From contig NC_057750.1 in the NCBI RefSeq assembly GCF_004010195.1, positions 551,340-615,339 of the forward strand: a stretch of 64,000 nucleotides of DNA, read 5' to 3'. Made by a program: the position numbers and the translations under genes. The notes under the pieces are model-generated. The model was given only the letters and a program-made list of their open reading frames with translations. It ran no database searches and was not told where the DNA came from. The DNA is from Chiloscyllium plagiosum. Taxonomy: Eukaryota. Positions 13,625 through 28,010 of the stretch are shown in pieces (positions within the stretch are counted from its first letter, which is position 1; each line of letters begins with the position of its first letter).

Positions 13625-14145
13625 CACACAGTTCAGAGGGAGCTGTACCTTATATTAACTCTCTGTACACTTGCCCTGAAAGTGTTTAGGACAGTGTAGA
13701 GGATGTATCTAACCCCCTGAGTGGTTGATCAATCAGTGTAGAGGTGGTTTAAAAGAGTAGCGAGACCTTTACTGTGTATCTAACCCCATGTTGTTCCTGT
13801 CCCTGATACAGTGTAGAGGGAGCTTTACTCTAAAAATAATTCTGTGCTGTAGCTGTCTTGGGAGTGTTTGTTGGGACAGTGTAGAGAACATTTTTTTTCT
13901 GTACCCTAACACTGTGCTCTATCTCTCTCAGCAGGTTTTGGTGGGGGACAATGGAGAGGGAGCTTTTCTCTGCATCTAACCCTGCGCTGTCACTGTCCTG
14001 GGGATGTTTGGTGGGGGACAGTGCAGAGGGAGCTTTACTCTGTATTAACCCCATGGTGTCCCTGTCCTAGGAGTGTTGAATGGAGACAGTGTAGAGGGAG
14101 CTTTACTCTGTATCTAGCCCCGTACTGTCCCTGCCCTGGGAATTG
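13625..14145. repeat. Degenerate minisatellite, unit about 60-70 bp (gggacagtgtagagggagctttactctgtatctaacccc...)
   Basis: About seven diverged copies of the core are visible. Confidence 0.85.
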
Positions 14146-14149
14146 TCCA

Positions 14150-14500
14150 TACTGAGTGACCTCCCGTACTTTCCCATGTAGATGGCAGTAAGGAATGATA
14201 ATGGGGACAACTTGCCAGTAGGCTTCATTTTTGAAGTAATGAATGAAATCAGCCAAGGTTATGCTCATCCAGAAGTCTTTAACCAGCACAATGTGTGTTT
14301 TAGTGATGCTGTTGAAAATGATACTCAGTGTCAGAGATGTATCAATAGAGAATTGTTTATTCCGGTCATTTTCAGATTCATTGGCTTAAAGCCACATCAT
14401 TAAAAGTGGAAGATGAGGTTCACATGTTTAAATGGTTGTTCCAAATGAAAGTGTGTTGTTCCATGATGGTTCACTTTATCTCCGTTGTCTAAAACATATT
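14150..14500 (-). pseudogene. Possible ancient Tigger/pogo-type DDE transposase remnant
   Basis: Translation KDFWMSITLADFIHYFKNEAYWQVVPIII resembles the C-terminal FWxxxTxxDxI...AWxxV motif of pogo/Tigger transposases. Upstream frames are broken. Confidence 0.3.
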
Positions 14501-15354
14501 TTAGAGTTGTTGGATGTTTACAGCATGATTAATCCACTGCCAACAGACTGTCACCTCCAACCCAATGCAATTTCAGGTCTAAATGAAGAGGAATTTGTGA
14601 GGGATTTGTGAGAACATTTTGAATTTTGGATGGGAGGGGCTGAACCAATTTGTCTCAAATATTCTATTCATCAAATTGATTCACGGTTAATCACTGAAAC
14701 TGAAAACTGTGAGGGAGCGGGTAGCAAGAAGGCAGAAAACTGGTTCAGAAACAGTTGTTGTTGATCATTTTTAGTGTTTTAAAGAACAATGTGGAAAAGT
14801 GTAATTGGGCTCTGAAACAGAAGAAGCAAAGGACAATCTCTCACTGGAGAGATCCTGTTGAGTTTATTTTGTCAGATGTAGTTCAGATCTTTCTTCATTC
14901 TGTGTTAAAGGGGCTGCTTCGTCTCTGACCCAGCTCGAACATTCTTGAGTCCCCCAGAGGCAGCCCATCGAACCTGTTGGAGCTAATAATGGCTGGGAGG
15001 GAAAACTTGTTGGGGTCTTGTCAGCTCACTGGAGATCTAATGAGAGACCCACACTGCCTCCTGCAGGCCAGCTTTGCCAAAACACATGCCAAAAAAGGCA
15101 ATGATGAGGATAATACCCAGTGTGTGGAAAGTGCCCCAGCAAGGGCTATGGGCCAGTTAGTAACTGAAAGCTTCCATTTTCAGTAGGTGCCATAGAGCTC
15201 TCTCTGGGCCAGGATTACGGGCACCTCAGCACCGGGCACCTAGATATCGGGCAAGTAATGGGGAGGGCAGGAAGAGGGACAGTGCATGTGATTTTGCAGG
15301 GTGGTGTACGTAACTCATGGGAGGATGGGGCAAGGGCTGTCTGAAGCAAGGGCA

Positions 15355-15720
15355 TAAGACCATAGGACTAGAAATTAGGCCATTCAGCCCATCAAATCTG
15401 CTTCACCATTTGATCATGGCTGATAGGTTTTTCAACCCCATTCTCCCATTTTCTCCTCGTAACCTTTGATCCTCTTGGCAATCAATAAACTATCTATCTC
15501 CATCTTAAGTATACTCAATGAACTGCTCTCCACAGTCTTCCGTGGCAACGATTTCCACAGATTCACCACATTCTGGCGACAGAAGTTTCTCCTTACCACT
15601 ATCCTTCCCTTTACTCTAAAGGATGTGCCTTATGTCTTTGTCTCTCCTGCCAATGGAAACATTTCCCCAACATCCACTCTGTCCAGGCTGTTCAGTATTC
15701 TGTAAGTTTCAATCATGATC
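15355..15720 (-). mobile_element. CR1-type LINE 3' fragment
   Basis: IETYRILNSLDRVDVGEMFPL on the minus strand; same family as 40283-40660. Confidence 0.8.
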
Positions 15721-17211
15721 CTCATTGGCCCCAACCTTCCCAATTCCAGAACCTCGAATAGTGATCCACTGGTTACCTCTCTCAAGGGATCCCCCCTAGA
15801 CCACAACAGCACTGTTGTGAACTACCCATAGTGACTTGTGTGACCTGGTGACTCCCTGCTCCATTACAGTGAGGGTCTACAGCAGTACGTGTGACAGAGA
15901 AGCATATCCAGCAGAATGGACGCGGGGGTTAAAGCTGAGAGCTCAGGGTTGGAAAGGCTCCTAGAATAAAAAAAATTGGTCTGGTGACGGTGCACAGGAG
16001 GAAGTCTTTAGGCAGATATTAGTTATCTTTCTAACAACGTTTGCAATGAGAAAATCACAGTGCAAGAGAAAATCAAAGTCATTGTGACAGAATAGTTGGT
16101 TGAAGTCCCTGCTCCTTGATGCTTCTGTCAGAAGGGAACTGATGATAAAGGACCTTTTGTGAAAATGCACTTGTGTTGCTCTGAGATTTAAAAAATAAAA
16201 TCTTCGATGCTATGTCTAAGGATGGACTAGTGTAACTCTCAGGGACTGAATCACTCTTCCTGCTTATGCAATGAGCTATAAAGTAAAGACATCAGCACAA
16301 GTAGACTATTTGGCCCATCAATCTTCCTCACTACGTCTTCCTGCCCACAGCTCCTATCCCTTCTGGATTCTGAGAGACAGTCAAACTGTTAACTCTGTTT
16401 CCCTCTCTGCAGAAGCTGACTGACTTACTGCTGTTGATTCCCACAGAGAAACACAATTTTTTTTCTAATTTATGCATGGGATGGGAGCGTATCTGATCAG
16501 GCCAGCATTTATTACTCATCCCCAATTGCCCAGAGGGCAGTTAAGAATCAACCACATCACTGGAGTCACATGTAGGGCAGACCAGGTAAGGAAAACAGTT
16601 TCTTTCCGAAAGGACATTTGTGAACCAAGTGGGATTCTCTCAACAGTGAACCATGCATTCACAGCCATCAGTAGGCTCTTAATCCCAGATTTATATTGTA
16701 TTCAAATTCCACCATCTACTGTGATAAAATTTAAATGCAGGTCTCACCACAATACCTGGGTCTCTAGATTAACAGTTCAGTAATAACACCACAAAGCCAT
16801 CACCTCCCCCGTTTCTAGGTCTTGAATATACTCAATAATGGAGATTCTTACGGGGGATTGATGGGAGGTCAGGGGGTTGGGAGTGGGGGGAATGTGACTT
16901 CCCTTGATTCACAACCACCTGAGTTCACTCCTAAATGATTAACCCTATATCCTGAGAGCATGACCCTGTGTTAGATAGAGAGACTGAAAGGTTTAGGGAG
17001 GGCATTCTAAAATTTAGACACCAGACAACAGAAGACACACCCACCAATGGTGGAGCAATGGAAATCACAGACGTACAAGAGACCAACCTCTTGGAGGGTT
17101 ATAGGGTTAGAGGAGGTTCCAGAAATGAATAGAAGGATGGGACTGAGGTGAATCCAGGGAAGGATTCATATACAAGGATGAGAATTTTAAAATCAAAAAC
17201 ATTGCTGGATG

Positions 17212-17528
17212 AACGGTGGCTCAGTGGTTAGCACTGCTCCCTCACAGCGCTAGGGATCTGGGTTTGATTCCAGCCTTGGGTAACTGTCTGTGTGGAGTTT
17301 GCACATTCTCCCTGTGTCTGTGTGGGTTTCCTCCCACACTCCAACGATATGCAAGTTAGAGTGGGTTGGCCGTGCTAAACTGCCCTTCGTGTTCAAGGAT
17401 ATGAGGGCTAGGTGGATTAGCCAGGGGAAATGTGGGGCTGGGTATATCTAGGATGCTCTTTGGAGGATTGGTACGGACTTGACAGGCCAAATGATCTCTT
17501 TCTGCACTGCAGAGATTCTACGATTCTT
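17212..17528 (+). mobile_element. tRNA-derived SINE (HE1/V-SINE-like)
   Basis: cggtggctcagtggttagcactgct...gggtttgattcc...gtgtggagtttgcacattctccc. Confidence 0.85.
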
Positions 17529-18589
17529 GGAAGGTGATGGGAGTAACAGGCTGTGGGCTGGAAAAACTCAATTCATCATCAGTTCTCTCTGCCAGAATGG
17601 AATAAGAGTGTTGTGTTTCTTTTAGTCCAAGCCCATAGCCATGAGTCAGCAGGAGAGGTGCAACAGAGAATTACAAAGAAGCTGAGAAAGGGGATGTTAA
17701 TCAACTCCCTCCTCCTGGGATTTATGTGAGGGGCACTGCTTGGCTTTGATGCTCCCACAGTTGGCATTTTGTGGTCAAAGGGTGAACCGTGTACCAGCAG
17801 CTGAAGAATGGTCACCCAATGAGAGCCCCAAAGGCTTCAGGAGAGATGAGAGGACATAGAGAAACAGCATCTCCCTTCTCCACACATCAACAAGCCCAGA
17901 GTGATGCAAATGTTTGCAGAGGTTTAAGAAAGCTCATCCAATTGGGCAACTGCAATGAAACAGGGGACAGTCCAATGTCATTTGCCTCTCCCTGCCTCAC
18001 CCCACTGCTTCAGGTACAATAATACGGTGTGGATCCCATTAAATGACAGTAACACATTGTGACATTGAACTCATCAATGCAGCTACAACCCTTGAAATAT
18101 TAATCGTCAGTGTCGAGATAGCTACACTTTCCTGGATATAACTGCGATGAAATTCTGAAGAGTTGACTATGTACTTTAGTTCCTTTTAATTCACTGCCAA
18201 GGTCCATTCTCTGCTTCCACGCAAGATTTGTACATTTATATTAGGTTTCCCATGTTGTGTATTGCAGTGAAAAGAAAAAGTGCCAATTTTAAAGAAGCAA
18301 AGGGAAAGAAGTGAGCTGGTAATCTTCAAAGAAGATTTATGCAGCACAGATCGCAAATAATTTAACAGGTTTCACACGCACTTTAATGATTCCGAAGGAC
18401 AGTCACTGTTAGTTGTAGAAATATAAAATGCCATTTTGCACACAGCCAGCACAGATAGTGAAATGGAATCTGTCGGCTTGAGCACAGAATGTTGCTTAGG
18501 ACTTCTACATTGCAAATAGAAAAACAGTTTTAATCTGAATCACAACAGCTCCAACAGACAGAGCTCATCTGGTGGTTTTATCACATCAC

Positions 18590-18650
18590 TGAGAGAAAGA
18601 GACAGAGAGAGACAGAGAGAGAGAGAGAGACAGAGACAGAGAGAGACAGA
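18590..18650. repeat. (GA)n/(GACA) microsatellite
   Basis: Directly visible. Confidence 0.9.
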
Positions 18651-19359
18651 GCTTCTCCAGAAAGTGAGACTGAAGGAAAGAAACCTTTATGTGGAAAATA
18701 AACATACACAAGGCATTTCTGCAATTGAGTTTTACCAAGCCAGTAATATTTCTAACAAGAAGCCCATTTCTGATGGCACGCATGCATCAATGAAATCCCA
18801 CACACTCCTCGGAGTAACAATATTAGATTAATTTGTCACTTGACATGTACAGAACAGTTTCGATGTTTCCAGGCATTTTTAACCTTAACGCTGAGCCTCT
18901 CTTCTCCTTCTGTAGGTGTTTGAGGACATATATATCACTGAGTTGCCATTGACAACGGACAATAATTTTTCTCCCAAAAGACTCCTTTGCCAATCCTGTG
19001 GTCTGTTCTGTTTTCTGCCTTGTCCTCAGCACACTGCCACAGTATGGGACATTGATGCAATATTAGCCATTTGGTGTCGATGGAACAGAAAACATACCAC
19101 CCTTCAGATTTCCTGTTTCTCTATTTTCTTTTTTCTCTTTTTTTTAAGAACGGAAGATTTTTTGTATTCAAATTAAGGGTGTTTTAAATCTTATAGTTTT
19201 GTACAATGTAATTTTTTAAAGTGTGTAATTTTAGTAAAGACACTTGATGCACAATTTTCTGGAGTTTTATTTTAATTGAATTAATCTAAACATGGAGTGC
19301 TTTATGTAAAATTGTTTCATTCTTCACACACCTGCTGGACTGCAGTCACTTCACTCCAG

Positions 19360-20480
19360 ATGTGGCATGTGGGAAGTGTTGGGTGGTGGAGGTAATGGGA
19401 TTCATGAGGTTTTGGGATGTAACTCCTGGTATTGTTGGGGTTGGGATCCAGCTGGGATGTTTGTTGTTTGGTGGTGATGGGATTCTGGATATTGGGTTTC
19501 AAGGCAAGCTAGAGTTCATGGTGCATTGGGGTTCAGCAGTTTTAATGATGGCAGGGTTCGTTCTTTCTGATTCAGTGGGATTCGGGTTCAAGGGGTGTTG
19601 GTTCAGTAACAGTGGGTTTGGGTTTGTTGGGTTACTCAATATTGGGGATCAGTGGGTATTTGGTTTCAGAACTGTCAGCATTCACAGTGTCAGTGGGTTC
19701 GAGTGTTGGGTGTTGGGGATTCCCTGTTTGAAAGGTGATGAAGTTTACCAGTATTGGCTTTCAGACGTCACAAAACTCACAGATGTCAGGATTCAACGAC
19801 ATGGAGGTTTGGAGTTAGGGTTACTTGTTTCCGCTGCTTTGGTGTTTAGTAACAATGATATTCTGTAATTTTGGCATTTTAGATCCTTGATTCAGGAATG
19901 GTGGGGTGTGATGTGTCACTGTAGAGAGTGGACTTTCAGGAGGTGATCTTACTCATTGATGTTGGAATTCACTGACTTTGGTGTTTGGGTGTGTCTGGGT
20001 TCACAGCTTCTGAGGTTAGAGTGACATTGTGCTTGGATATTGAGATTCAGATTCAAGAATGCTGGAGATCAGAGTGATCAGAGTTCCAAGTATTGACCTT
20101 CGGGGATGTTGGACATTTATGTGTTTTGTGGGATTGCAGGATGTTGGTGTTCGTAGTTGGATCTTTTCATCTGGCATTAGGGGTTTGGGGTGTTGGTGTT
20201 GGAGGGGTATGGAGATTAGGGGTTCAGTGGGTGGGTTAGAGATCGAAGAGTTGTTGACGTTTGAGGTGTTGCTCTTAGTGGTTGGGATAAAGGCATTTGG
20301 AGAATTGGAACTTTGGGCTGATAGAGTTAAGGAGAGTGTTGGGATTTCTGGCAGTGATGGGACTTAGGGCTTAGTGTAATGAAGGTCAGGAGTACTGATG
20401 TTCAGGAATCTGGGTACTTCGGTTCAGGGACTGCTGAGTTTTGGGATGAGGGGATTAGGGTTTGTAATTTAGGGCATTGA
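19360..20480. repeat. G/T-rich strand-biased low-complexity region (cryptic degenerate repeat)
   Basis: Recurring gggtt/ttgg/gggatt words, with C depleted on the + strand. Confidence 0.55.
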
Positions 20481-22329
20481 GTTTACCTCAATGACTGAAA
20501 TAACTAGAAAATTGTGAGCAGGTGAGGGGCTAGTGGAAGTCCCTAAATTTCATGTGAAATGTTGCTGTTGGATATGTGTTCTTAAACCAACATGGAGTCT
20601 ATCCCTATTAAAGTTTCAGGAAGTTTGCAATGAAGTTGGAAAAGGAGTGATGCTTAACTGCCCTTGTCACTACAATAACCATGCTTCGGTGCTTTACTGC
20701 ATTCAGTTAAAGGAAATTTAATCTTGTTCACATTTCTGATGTAGCCCTGTAAGAACGACAGGATCAGGAGTTAACTAAGTTGTGACACTGCTGCAATTAA
20801 TTGTAGGTCAGCACTGAGCGATGCACTGATTCACTCTCGAAAGTACATGTCCATCACAAACAGGATGAAATACTTCACTGTTAATGTGTGTTAAGGGTCC
20901 TGACTGAAACTTCAGGACTCAGTTCCATAAGATCTTATGGGCATGGAAATAAAATTGATATTTATTGCACATTATTTAACAATTGCATTTGGTCCTGAAA
21001 TTCAAAATGATAAACATGTCACATCTGATGCATAAGGGCAAGATTCACTTCTGGTGTGGGGCTACTAAAGAAGTCTTTGTTTGTGTGTGTGTGAGAGAGA
21101 GAGGGACTGTGTGTGTGTGTGTCTAATCACAATCTCTCACCCTGGAATCTCCATCCTCTTAAATACGCTGCACCATGCAACGAATCAGAAATGTTTGGCC
21201 GGCCTAAATGGCCTGTTCCTGTGCTGTTCAGTTCTGTGTTCTAAATGAATTGTAATGGGGTTTAAGACCCATGCACTTTATTAACTTCAAAGAATGGGAA
21301 GTAATAGAATTGTATCTCCTCTTGTGAATGAATCAGCAAAACCTCTACAGGTACAACATGAGGAGGCAAGAGCAGAATACTTAAAATCGAATGTCTGGAA
21401 AGTTTTTTAGATCCAAGCAGAACTTGCATGCCCTTCAAACAACACCTGGACTAGCTACATAGATAGTAGTTGCTGGAGAAACTGAGCAGATCTGTGTGGA
21501 GAGAGAAAAACATAGTTAATCCTTTGCTCTTCAAAACAAATGGAGTCAAACTGGGCATGAAACATTAACCCTGTTTCTTACTCTACAGATGCTGACAGAT
21601 CTGCTGAGTTTCTCTCCTATTTTATGTTTGTCTTTCAAATTTCCAGTGTCTGCACTATTTTGTTTGTTCTTTTCATTTGGATGACATACATGTCCAACAC
21701 TCCTAAAACTGATTTGGGAGATGGTGCAGATATGAGCAACAATGTGACTGTGTCTGAGTGTAATATTTTATTCTGGAAATGGAAAGTATTCTGTTGTCCA
21801 GCTGTTATTTATCAAACATAGAAAATCGAAAAAACAAATGAAAGGAATGGAAATGGTTAAACCATTGGGAGCATATGTACTCCATTGATTCCCACTTGCA
21901 TCCAAGTGAGCCTCAATGAACTGGGCCTCATGAACACCAGCTAAGGAGATCAGGAATGTGCACGGTACTCCTCAATGGCATGGTCTCCTTAATGTTCCTG
22001 AAAGCTTTCATGGTCCTTGAATGATGATGTGGAGACCCCAGCGTGAAAACAGAACCATGTGCTGGGCGCTCATTACCCCAAGTAAGGATTAAGCTGTGAA
22101 TTCCTTGTTTAGATGACAGTCTGTACCTGACTGGGAATCTGTTGTTATTTAGAGAGTGGTTGCTATGGAGCAAGCTCCACAATGTACTCAATGTTGGACA
22201 TGAGATTACAAAAAAGAGCAAAAGCAGCAGGAAGCCATTCAGCCCCTCGAGTCAGAGATCAAAGTTATGGCTGACTTACCTGAACTTCATACTTGCCTGA
22301 AGTATGAAATCCCTCAAATTCCTAAACAT

Positions 22330-22692
22330 CTAGGGACCTACTAAACGGTGGCGGAAATGACGACGGATGATACGATGTATATGGAGGTTGGTGGGGTGGT
22401 AGGTGAGGACCAGTGGGGTTCTGTCCTGGTGACAATTGGATCCGCTGCACCCGATGTGGCCTCCTCCATCGCCAGACCATAGCAACACGACGGCTGGAGG
22501 AAGAGCGCCTCATCTTCCGCCTAGGAACCCTCCAACCACAAGGGATGAACTCAGATTTCTCCAGTTTCCTCATTTCCCCTCCCCCCACCTTGTCTCAGTC
22601 AAATCCCTCGAACTTGCTGCCTGACCTGCTGCGCTTTTCCAGGAACACATTTTCAGCTCTGATCTCCAGCATGTGCAGTCCTCACTTTCTCC
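22330..22692 (+). mobile_element. PLE fragment (Neptune-like GIY-YIG C-terminus) with inverted 5' piece
   Basis: + strand encodes IRCTRCGLL...RRLEEERLIFRLGTLQPQGMNSDF. 22335-22435 reads on the minus strand as QDRTPLVLTYHPTNLHIHRIIRRHF, an upstream PLE region. Confidence 0.8.
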
Positions 22693-22846
22693 TTGTTACT
22701 GAAACCATGATCCCATCTGTATTCCCCTGTCAGGTGAACCGTTTATACACAGAAACATAAAAAAAGGAGTGTGGAGGCCATTCAGCCCTTCAAGCCTGCA
22801 CCACCACTCAATGTGATCACGGATGATCATCTGATTCAGTCCCCTG

Positions 22847-23073
22847 TGTAGCAGTTGTGACAATTCCAGCTGACTATTCCTCATAGGATCCTGATGGGGC
22901 AGTTAATCTGATTCAATTAGAGAGCCTTGGCTGACATAAAAGGGTCAATGTCAGGAAACTTAGACTGCAGGAATGCCTGACTCACTGAGAGCCAGTGCTA
23001 TTGTCAAAGGCTATGCATTTGTAAATAAAGGGATGATTGATGATGGAATGCCAGTCTGTGAAAAGTTATTTCA
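22847..23073 (+). mobile_element. Solo LTR (227 bp) inserted in a CR1 3' fragment
   Basis: TGTAG...TTTCA termini, 5-bp TSD CCCTG (22842-22846 and 23074-23078), AATAAA at 23024-23029. Confidence 0.75.
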
Positions 23074-23707
23074 CCCTGTTTCTGCTTTCTCCCCTTACCT
23101 CCAAGAACCCTTTTCTCAGCATCTAAACTCAAGGATGTTATATCCGTGTTTCCGATCACCTCTCTGAGAACGCAAGCCCCTAAGGCAGTTAGATGGGTTA
23201 CATGGAAGCTTCGCAAACAGGCACTGAACATCTTTCTGTATTGAATGCAGCTGTGTATATGGCACACACAGAACAGAATCTTCCGAGTTCGTATGTCCTG
23301 TGTGCTGTCTGTGAAAACCCAATAGACCCGGGTACACCCGCAGGAGTGTGGTCGGCCAATTCCTCAACCCATCAGACTCCGAAGTGGACACCCACAGTGG
23401 TATTTCCTGTGTCTGAGGACCAAGCAGAGTCAGGCAGGTCCATGGAACGGGGAGCTGTGACTGCTGCCAACTAAAGCAATGTGAGAACTGAACCACCCAG
23501 GTTCTTCTAGTGCAGTGGAAGTGTCTCTACCTCTGGCCCAGGAGACCCCAGTTCAAGCTGCTCTGGTAGTGTGTGACAGCATCACTGGACAGATTGGTTA
23601 AAAAATGTCTAGGATTGAAGCAACACACACCCACACCTGAGATAGATCAGGCAGACATTGGCGTTGTGGGTCTCACTACAATACAGGGGACTACAGTGGA
23701 TCAAGAT

Positions 23708-24010
23708 GGGGCAGCACAGTGGTTAGCACTGCTGCCTCACAGCACCAGGAATGCAGGTACAATTCCACCTGAGGATGACTGTCCGTGTGGAGTTTGCATG
23801 TTCCCCCCGTGTCTACATGTGTTTCCTCCCACAATCCAAAGATGTGCAGGTTGGGGTGGAGTGACCCATAGTGTCCAGGGATGTTTGAGTTAGGTAGATT
23901 AGCCAAGGGGAATGCAGGGCTATGGGGATGAGGTAGAGGGTGGGTCTGGGTGGAAGGTCGGTGTGGACACAACAAGCCAAATGGCCTGCTTTCACACTTT
24001 AGTAATTCTA
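23708..24010 (+). mobile_element. tRNA-derived SINE (HE1/V-SINE-like)
   Basis: gggcagcacagtggttagcactgctgcctcacagc head and conserved body. Confidence 0.85.
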
Positions 24011-26289
24011 TATTAAAAAAGAAGGCAGCTCCCACCATCTTCTCAAGGGCAGCTAGGGACGGGCAAGAAATACTGGGCCCAGCCAGCGATACCCATGTCC
24101 CACAAGTGATTAGAACAAACTTTAAAATAAATCCACTCGAGTTGTTCCTGCATTGCTTTTCATCAGAGAGGACCACTGTCATCCCTGAAACGCTCCCTTA
24201 CCAACCAGAGCTGGTGCGTGTTACAGAGAGAGAGAGCAGTGAGATTAAACAGCTCACATTCTAACCAGGGGTAATCGATACCTCTCATCATCTTCCAACA
24301 TTCTTTGGTTTTTGTGACTCTCCTTTTCTCCACATCAGTAGGGCAAATGAGATTCAAACTGATAATATTTATTCACTCTCACTCACAATGAACCAGAGCC
24401 AATTCTATTCTAAAAGGATTTGTGTTAAAACTGACATGAGAAGGACTTAATACTGAATCTGAGAGCATGATATTCAAAAAGATTCAATTCTTTGTTCAAT
24501 AGATCTGCCTGTGATGCAGTAAGCATTACCTTAATGAACAGAGATGCTTAGACTGCCCCTGTTAAGGGCTCACAAGGCAAAGATTTTGCTTTCATTCGAT
24601 TATTCAGCAATAGCAGCTCGTGGTCTTATCGAAAGGGATTAGACAAAAGGTACACATGGGAAACATGGGAATCACATTTACAAAACCAGAGAGAGCTGGG
24701 AGAGCAGAGGTCCAACCATCAGGGAAACTGCAAACCAATCCAAACAAAAAGGTAACATCGCCATTCTTCTGGGGCAAGAGAGCAGCTCGCTCTGTAAATG
24801 AAAAGAAAAGAATTGCAGGGCAGAAGTGATTTGATGAATTGGCTCAGTGAGCAGGAGGAATTACAGAAATGAGCTGATTGAATAAAAACATAGTCTGTGT
24901 GAAACCATCAATCAGATTTCTACATTAACCAGGCAATAATTGTCATAGTGTGTATAATCTGATTGTCACTGTCTTTCTTCAATGAAGCTTTGCTTTTTGG
25001 AGCTGGAAAATAAATGCAATTGTCAATTTGAACTTTTGTTGTAAAAGTCTCACTATTTTACACTTTTATTGACACAGGCTGTAATCATTGAGTTTGTTCT
25101 CTATCTCTCCATCCTGTGTTGATGTGGTTAGACAAGGGAGACCTTGAAGGAAAGTGCTTCTCTAAAGAGCTAAAAGCTTGTGTCAGCCAAGCAGTTCACC
25201 CTTTACAGACCCAATCAATACATAGACCGGTCAGTATTCTACACAGGAGATCAATAGACTGAGGATATGTTATATAAAGAGGTCAAAGTGCTGATGACAC
25301 ATTAATAGGACATTGCACAATGATCTCCCAGCTAAGAAAAACAACGTAATAAACAATTGCATTTCTGTAGCACCATTCCTGAACTCAGGATGCTCCAGAC
25401 TCATTGCCTTTTGACTATGGGCAACTCCCAGTTTCCAGTTGACTGTTAGACACAGCAGGTGAGATTAAGGAAAAGATTCTTCAGTGAAATTTGAGGGCAG
25501 AGCTTTTCACAGTGTCTTGGGAATATGGAAGTAATACTGAATGTGGTGGCCTCAGCACTCACAGTGATTTTATTCATTGAATTTCTTACAAGGGAATGCT
25601 CATTGTATTGTGTTTTAAATTTGTGAGCTTTTCAATAAACAGAACAGCACTAAACCTTGACGTGAACATAATTTTAAAAGATTGCAATATTGAAGAATAT
25701 TTCTGTAGGGTTGTTTAAAGCATTCTTTGGATCTGTGCTTGGAAAGATTTCAATGGGCTACATGATCCTTTTTCATTTTGTGCTTTCTATTACCCCATAA
25801 GGCCTTGGAGGGTGAAAAAGCCCATAATTTAACATTAATTGGTACTGTGCTGACAATCTCACACAATGAGCCTCTAACAAGCCTGCAATGAGAAGCAGAG
25901 CTGTCACTGATGTGATTGAAACCTTTATTTCGACATCTGTGAAGCACTAAAGTCTAAAATGATAGCCCTCCTAACACAAAACAATATTTATCTCTGGACG
26001 TGTAACAGTTAGACAGCCTTAGGTATCAGTTTGTTCCATTTTCATCAGGAACATCTCACACTGAGGAGTTAGAATCAGCAGACAATCTCAGAAAACATTT
26101 GTTCCAAAAGGAGTTTAATAAAAACTTTTCCGACAATTCCCAGATGGTAACAGAGAACTGTTCCTTTCTGCTCTGCTCATTTTGGAGTTCCATAGACAAT
26201 GCAGGTAATCAGGGAATCACTGGTCATAAAGCTGAGCCCAAAATTATTCAGTTTAACTTCAGTGCTGGGGAAAGGTTTAGTAACAATTA

Positions 26290-27440
26290 ATGAGAATAGA
26301 GTTAAGAATCACTTGGTAAAAGTGTGGACTGATTTGAAAGACACAGCGTGGATTTGTTCAGGTAAAATCATGGCTCACCCACTTACTAGAGTTTTATGCA
26401 GAGGTAATAGAGAGGGTTGATGAGGGTAACACTGTAGATGTGGTGGACATGGACTTCTAGCAGTGTTTTATACAGTACCACATGGCAGAGAAAAGGTACA
26501 GATCACAGAATAAAAGAGTCAGTAGCCACATGGAAGCAAAATTGACAAGAGACAGTAAACAGTGTTAGCGGATATTTTTCATGCAAGGTGGATATCCCAG
26601 AGGTCGGTATTGGGGTCTTTGCTTTTCCTGAATTAATTTAATGACCTGAATCTGGGAGACTAATCTCAAAGTTTGTGAATGATTCAAAACTTGGGACAAA
26701 TATAAATTGTGAGATGGACAGTGTAGAAACTCAAAAGGATGTCAATGAGAGCATGGAGTGGGCAGAGAGGTGGCAGGTGGAGTTTAATTTGGGGAAGTGT
26801 GAGGTGATACTCTTTGATTAAAAACAACATGGAGAGAGAGTATAGAATACATTAATCTAATTGGTGTGTAGGGTCAGAAATACCTGGGTGTATATGTAGA
26901 AAAGTTATTACAGGCGTTAGGACAGGTAGAGGGAGCTAATAAGAAAGCAAACGTCATTTCCAGGCTTCATAGATAAGGCCATAAGCCAGGAGGATCTGAT
27001 ACCCTTCTATAAGACATTATTTGGTTCTCAGCTGGAGTTATATGGACAGTTCAGGGTTCCAGGCTTCAGGAAAGATGTGAAGAGAATGCAGACAACATTC
27101 AAGAGCAAAGTACTGCAGATGCTGGAAACCCGAAATAAAAACAAAGTGCTGGAGAAACTCTGTTTTGCAAAAGAAGCAAATGCAAAGTGAGAGAAACCTA
27201 TTTGATTCCGAGTGGTTAGGCCTGGAAGTGTGCTGGAGGCAGGTTCAATACAGGCATTCGAATGGACATTAGCTAATGTTTCTGTAAACAATGTAAGAAA
27301 AGGCAGGAGATTGGCACAAAGTTAAAATAATGTGCGGGTGCATCCAAATTGGGCTGAATAGCCTTGTTTAAGACAGCCTTTAAAACTGACTACCTTGTTC
27401 TGTCTTAATAGCTTTTGTGACATGGTCACAAATTCTATAA
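26290..27440 (+). mobile_element. Old, highly degenerate CR1 LINE ORF2/3' fragment
   Basis: Nucleotide similarity to 10290-11500 (gtagatgtggtggacatggacttc, ggtattgggg, ctggagttatatggacagttc). Confidence 0.7.
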
Positions 27441-27689
27441 ACTCATGTGCATAAGACATAAAGTAAAGAAACAGGCCATTCAGCCCAACTAGTCCATGCC
27501 AGCATTCCTGTTCCAGCCAAGCCTTCTCCCAATATTTCCTCATTGTAAATCCACCACTGTCACTCTTTGTTCCCTTCTCTTTCACATTGTCCACCTTTCC
27601 CTTCAATGTATCGAGGTAATTACACTTCGCCCTCTCCCTGCGGCAGCGACTTCCACATCCTCATCAATCTCTGGGAACAAACATTTACT

Positions 27690-28010
27690 CATAGAGTCAC
27701 AGAGATGTGCAGCATAGATATCCCTCCAAACCCTTCCTATTCATATACCCATCCAGACGCCTTTTAAATGTTGTAATCGTACCAGCCTCCACCACTTCCT
27801 CTGGCAGCTCATTCCGTACACACACCATCCTCTGTGTAAAAAGGTTGCCCCTTAAGCCCCTTTTAAATATTTCCCCTCTCACCTTAAGACTGTGCCCTCT
27901 AGTTTTTGACTTCCCCACCCCGGGGCAAAGACCTATTTCACCCTGTCCATATCCCTCGTGTTTTTATAAACCTCGGTGAGGTCACCCCTCAGCCTCCGAT
28001 GCTCCAGAGA
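27690..28010 (-). mobile_element. CR1 LINE 3' fragment
   Basis: SKTRGHSLKVRGEIFKRGLRGNLFTQRMVCVRNELPEEVVEAGTITTFKRRLDGYM. Confidence 0.9.

Noticed and set aside
19362..20367. Hydrophobic G/V/F/W-rich ORFs resembling membrane proteins
   Set aside because: Explained by G/T compositional bias of low-complexity DNA.
23116..23496. CpG-containing overlapping ORFs (93-126 aa)
   Set aside because: No recognisable domain or convincing splice signals.
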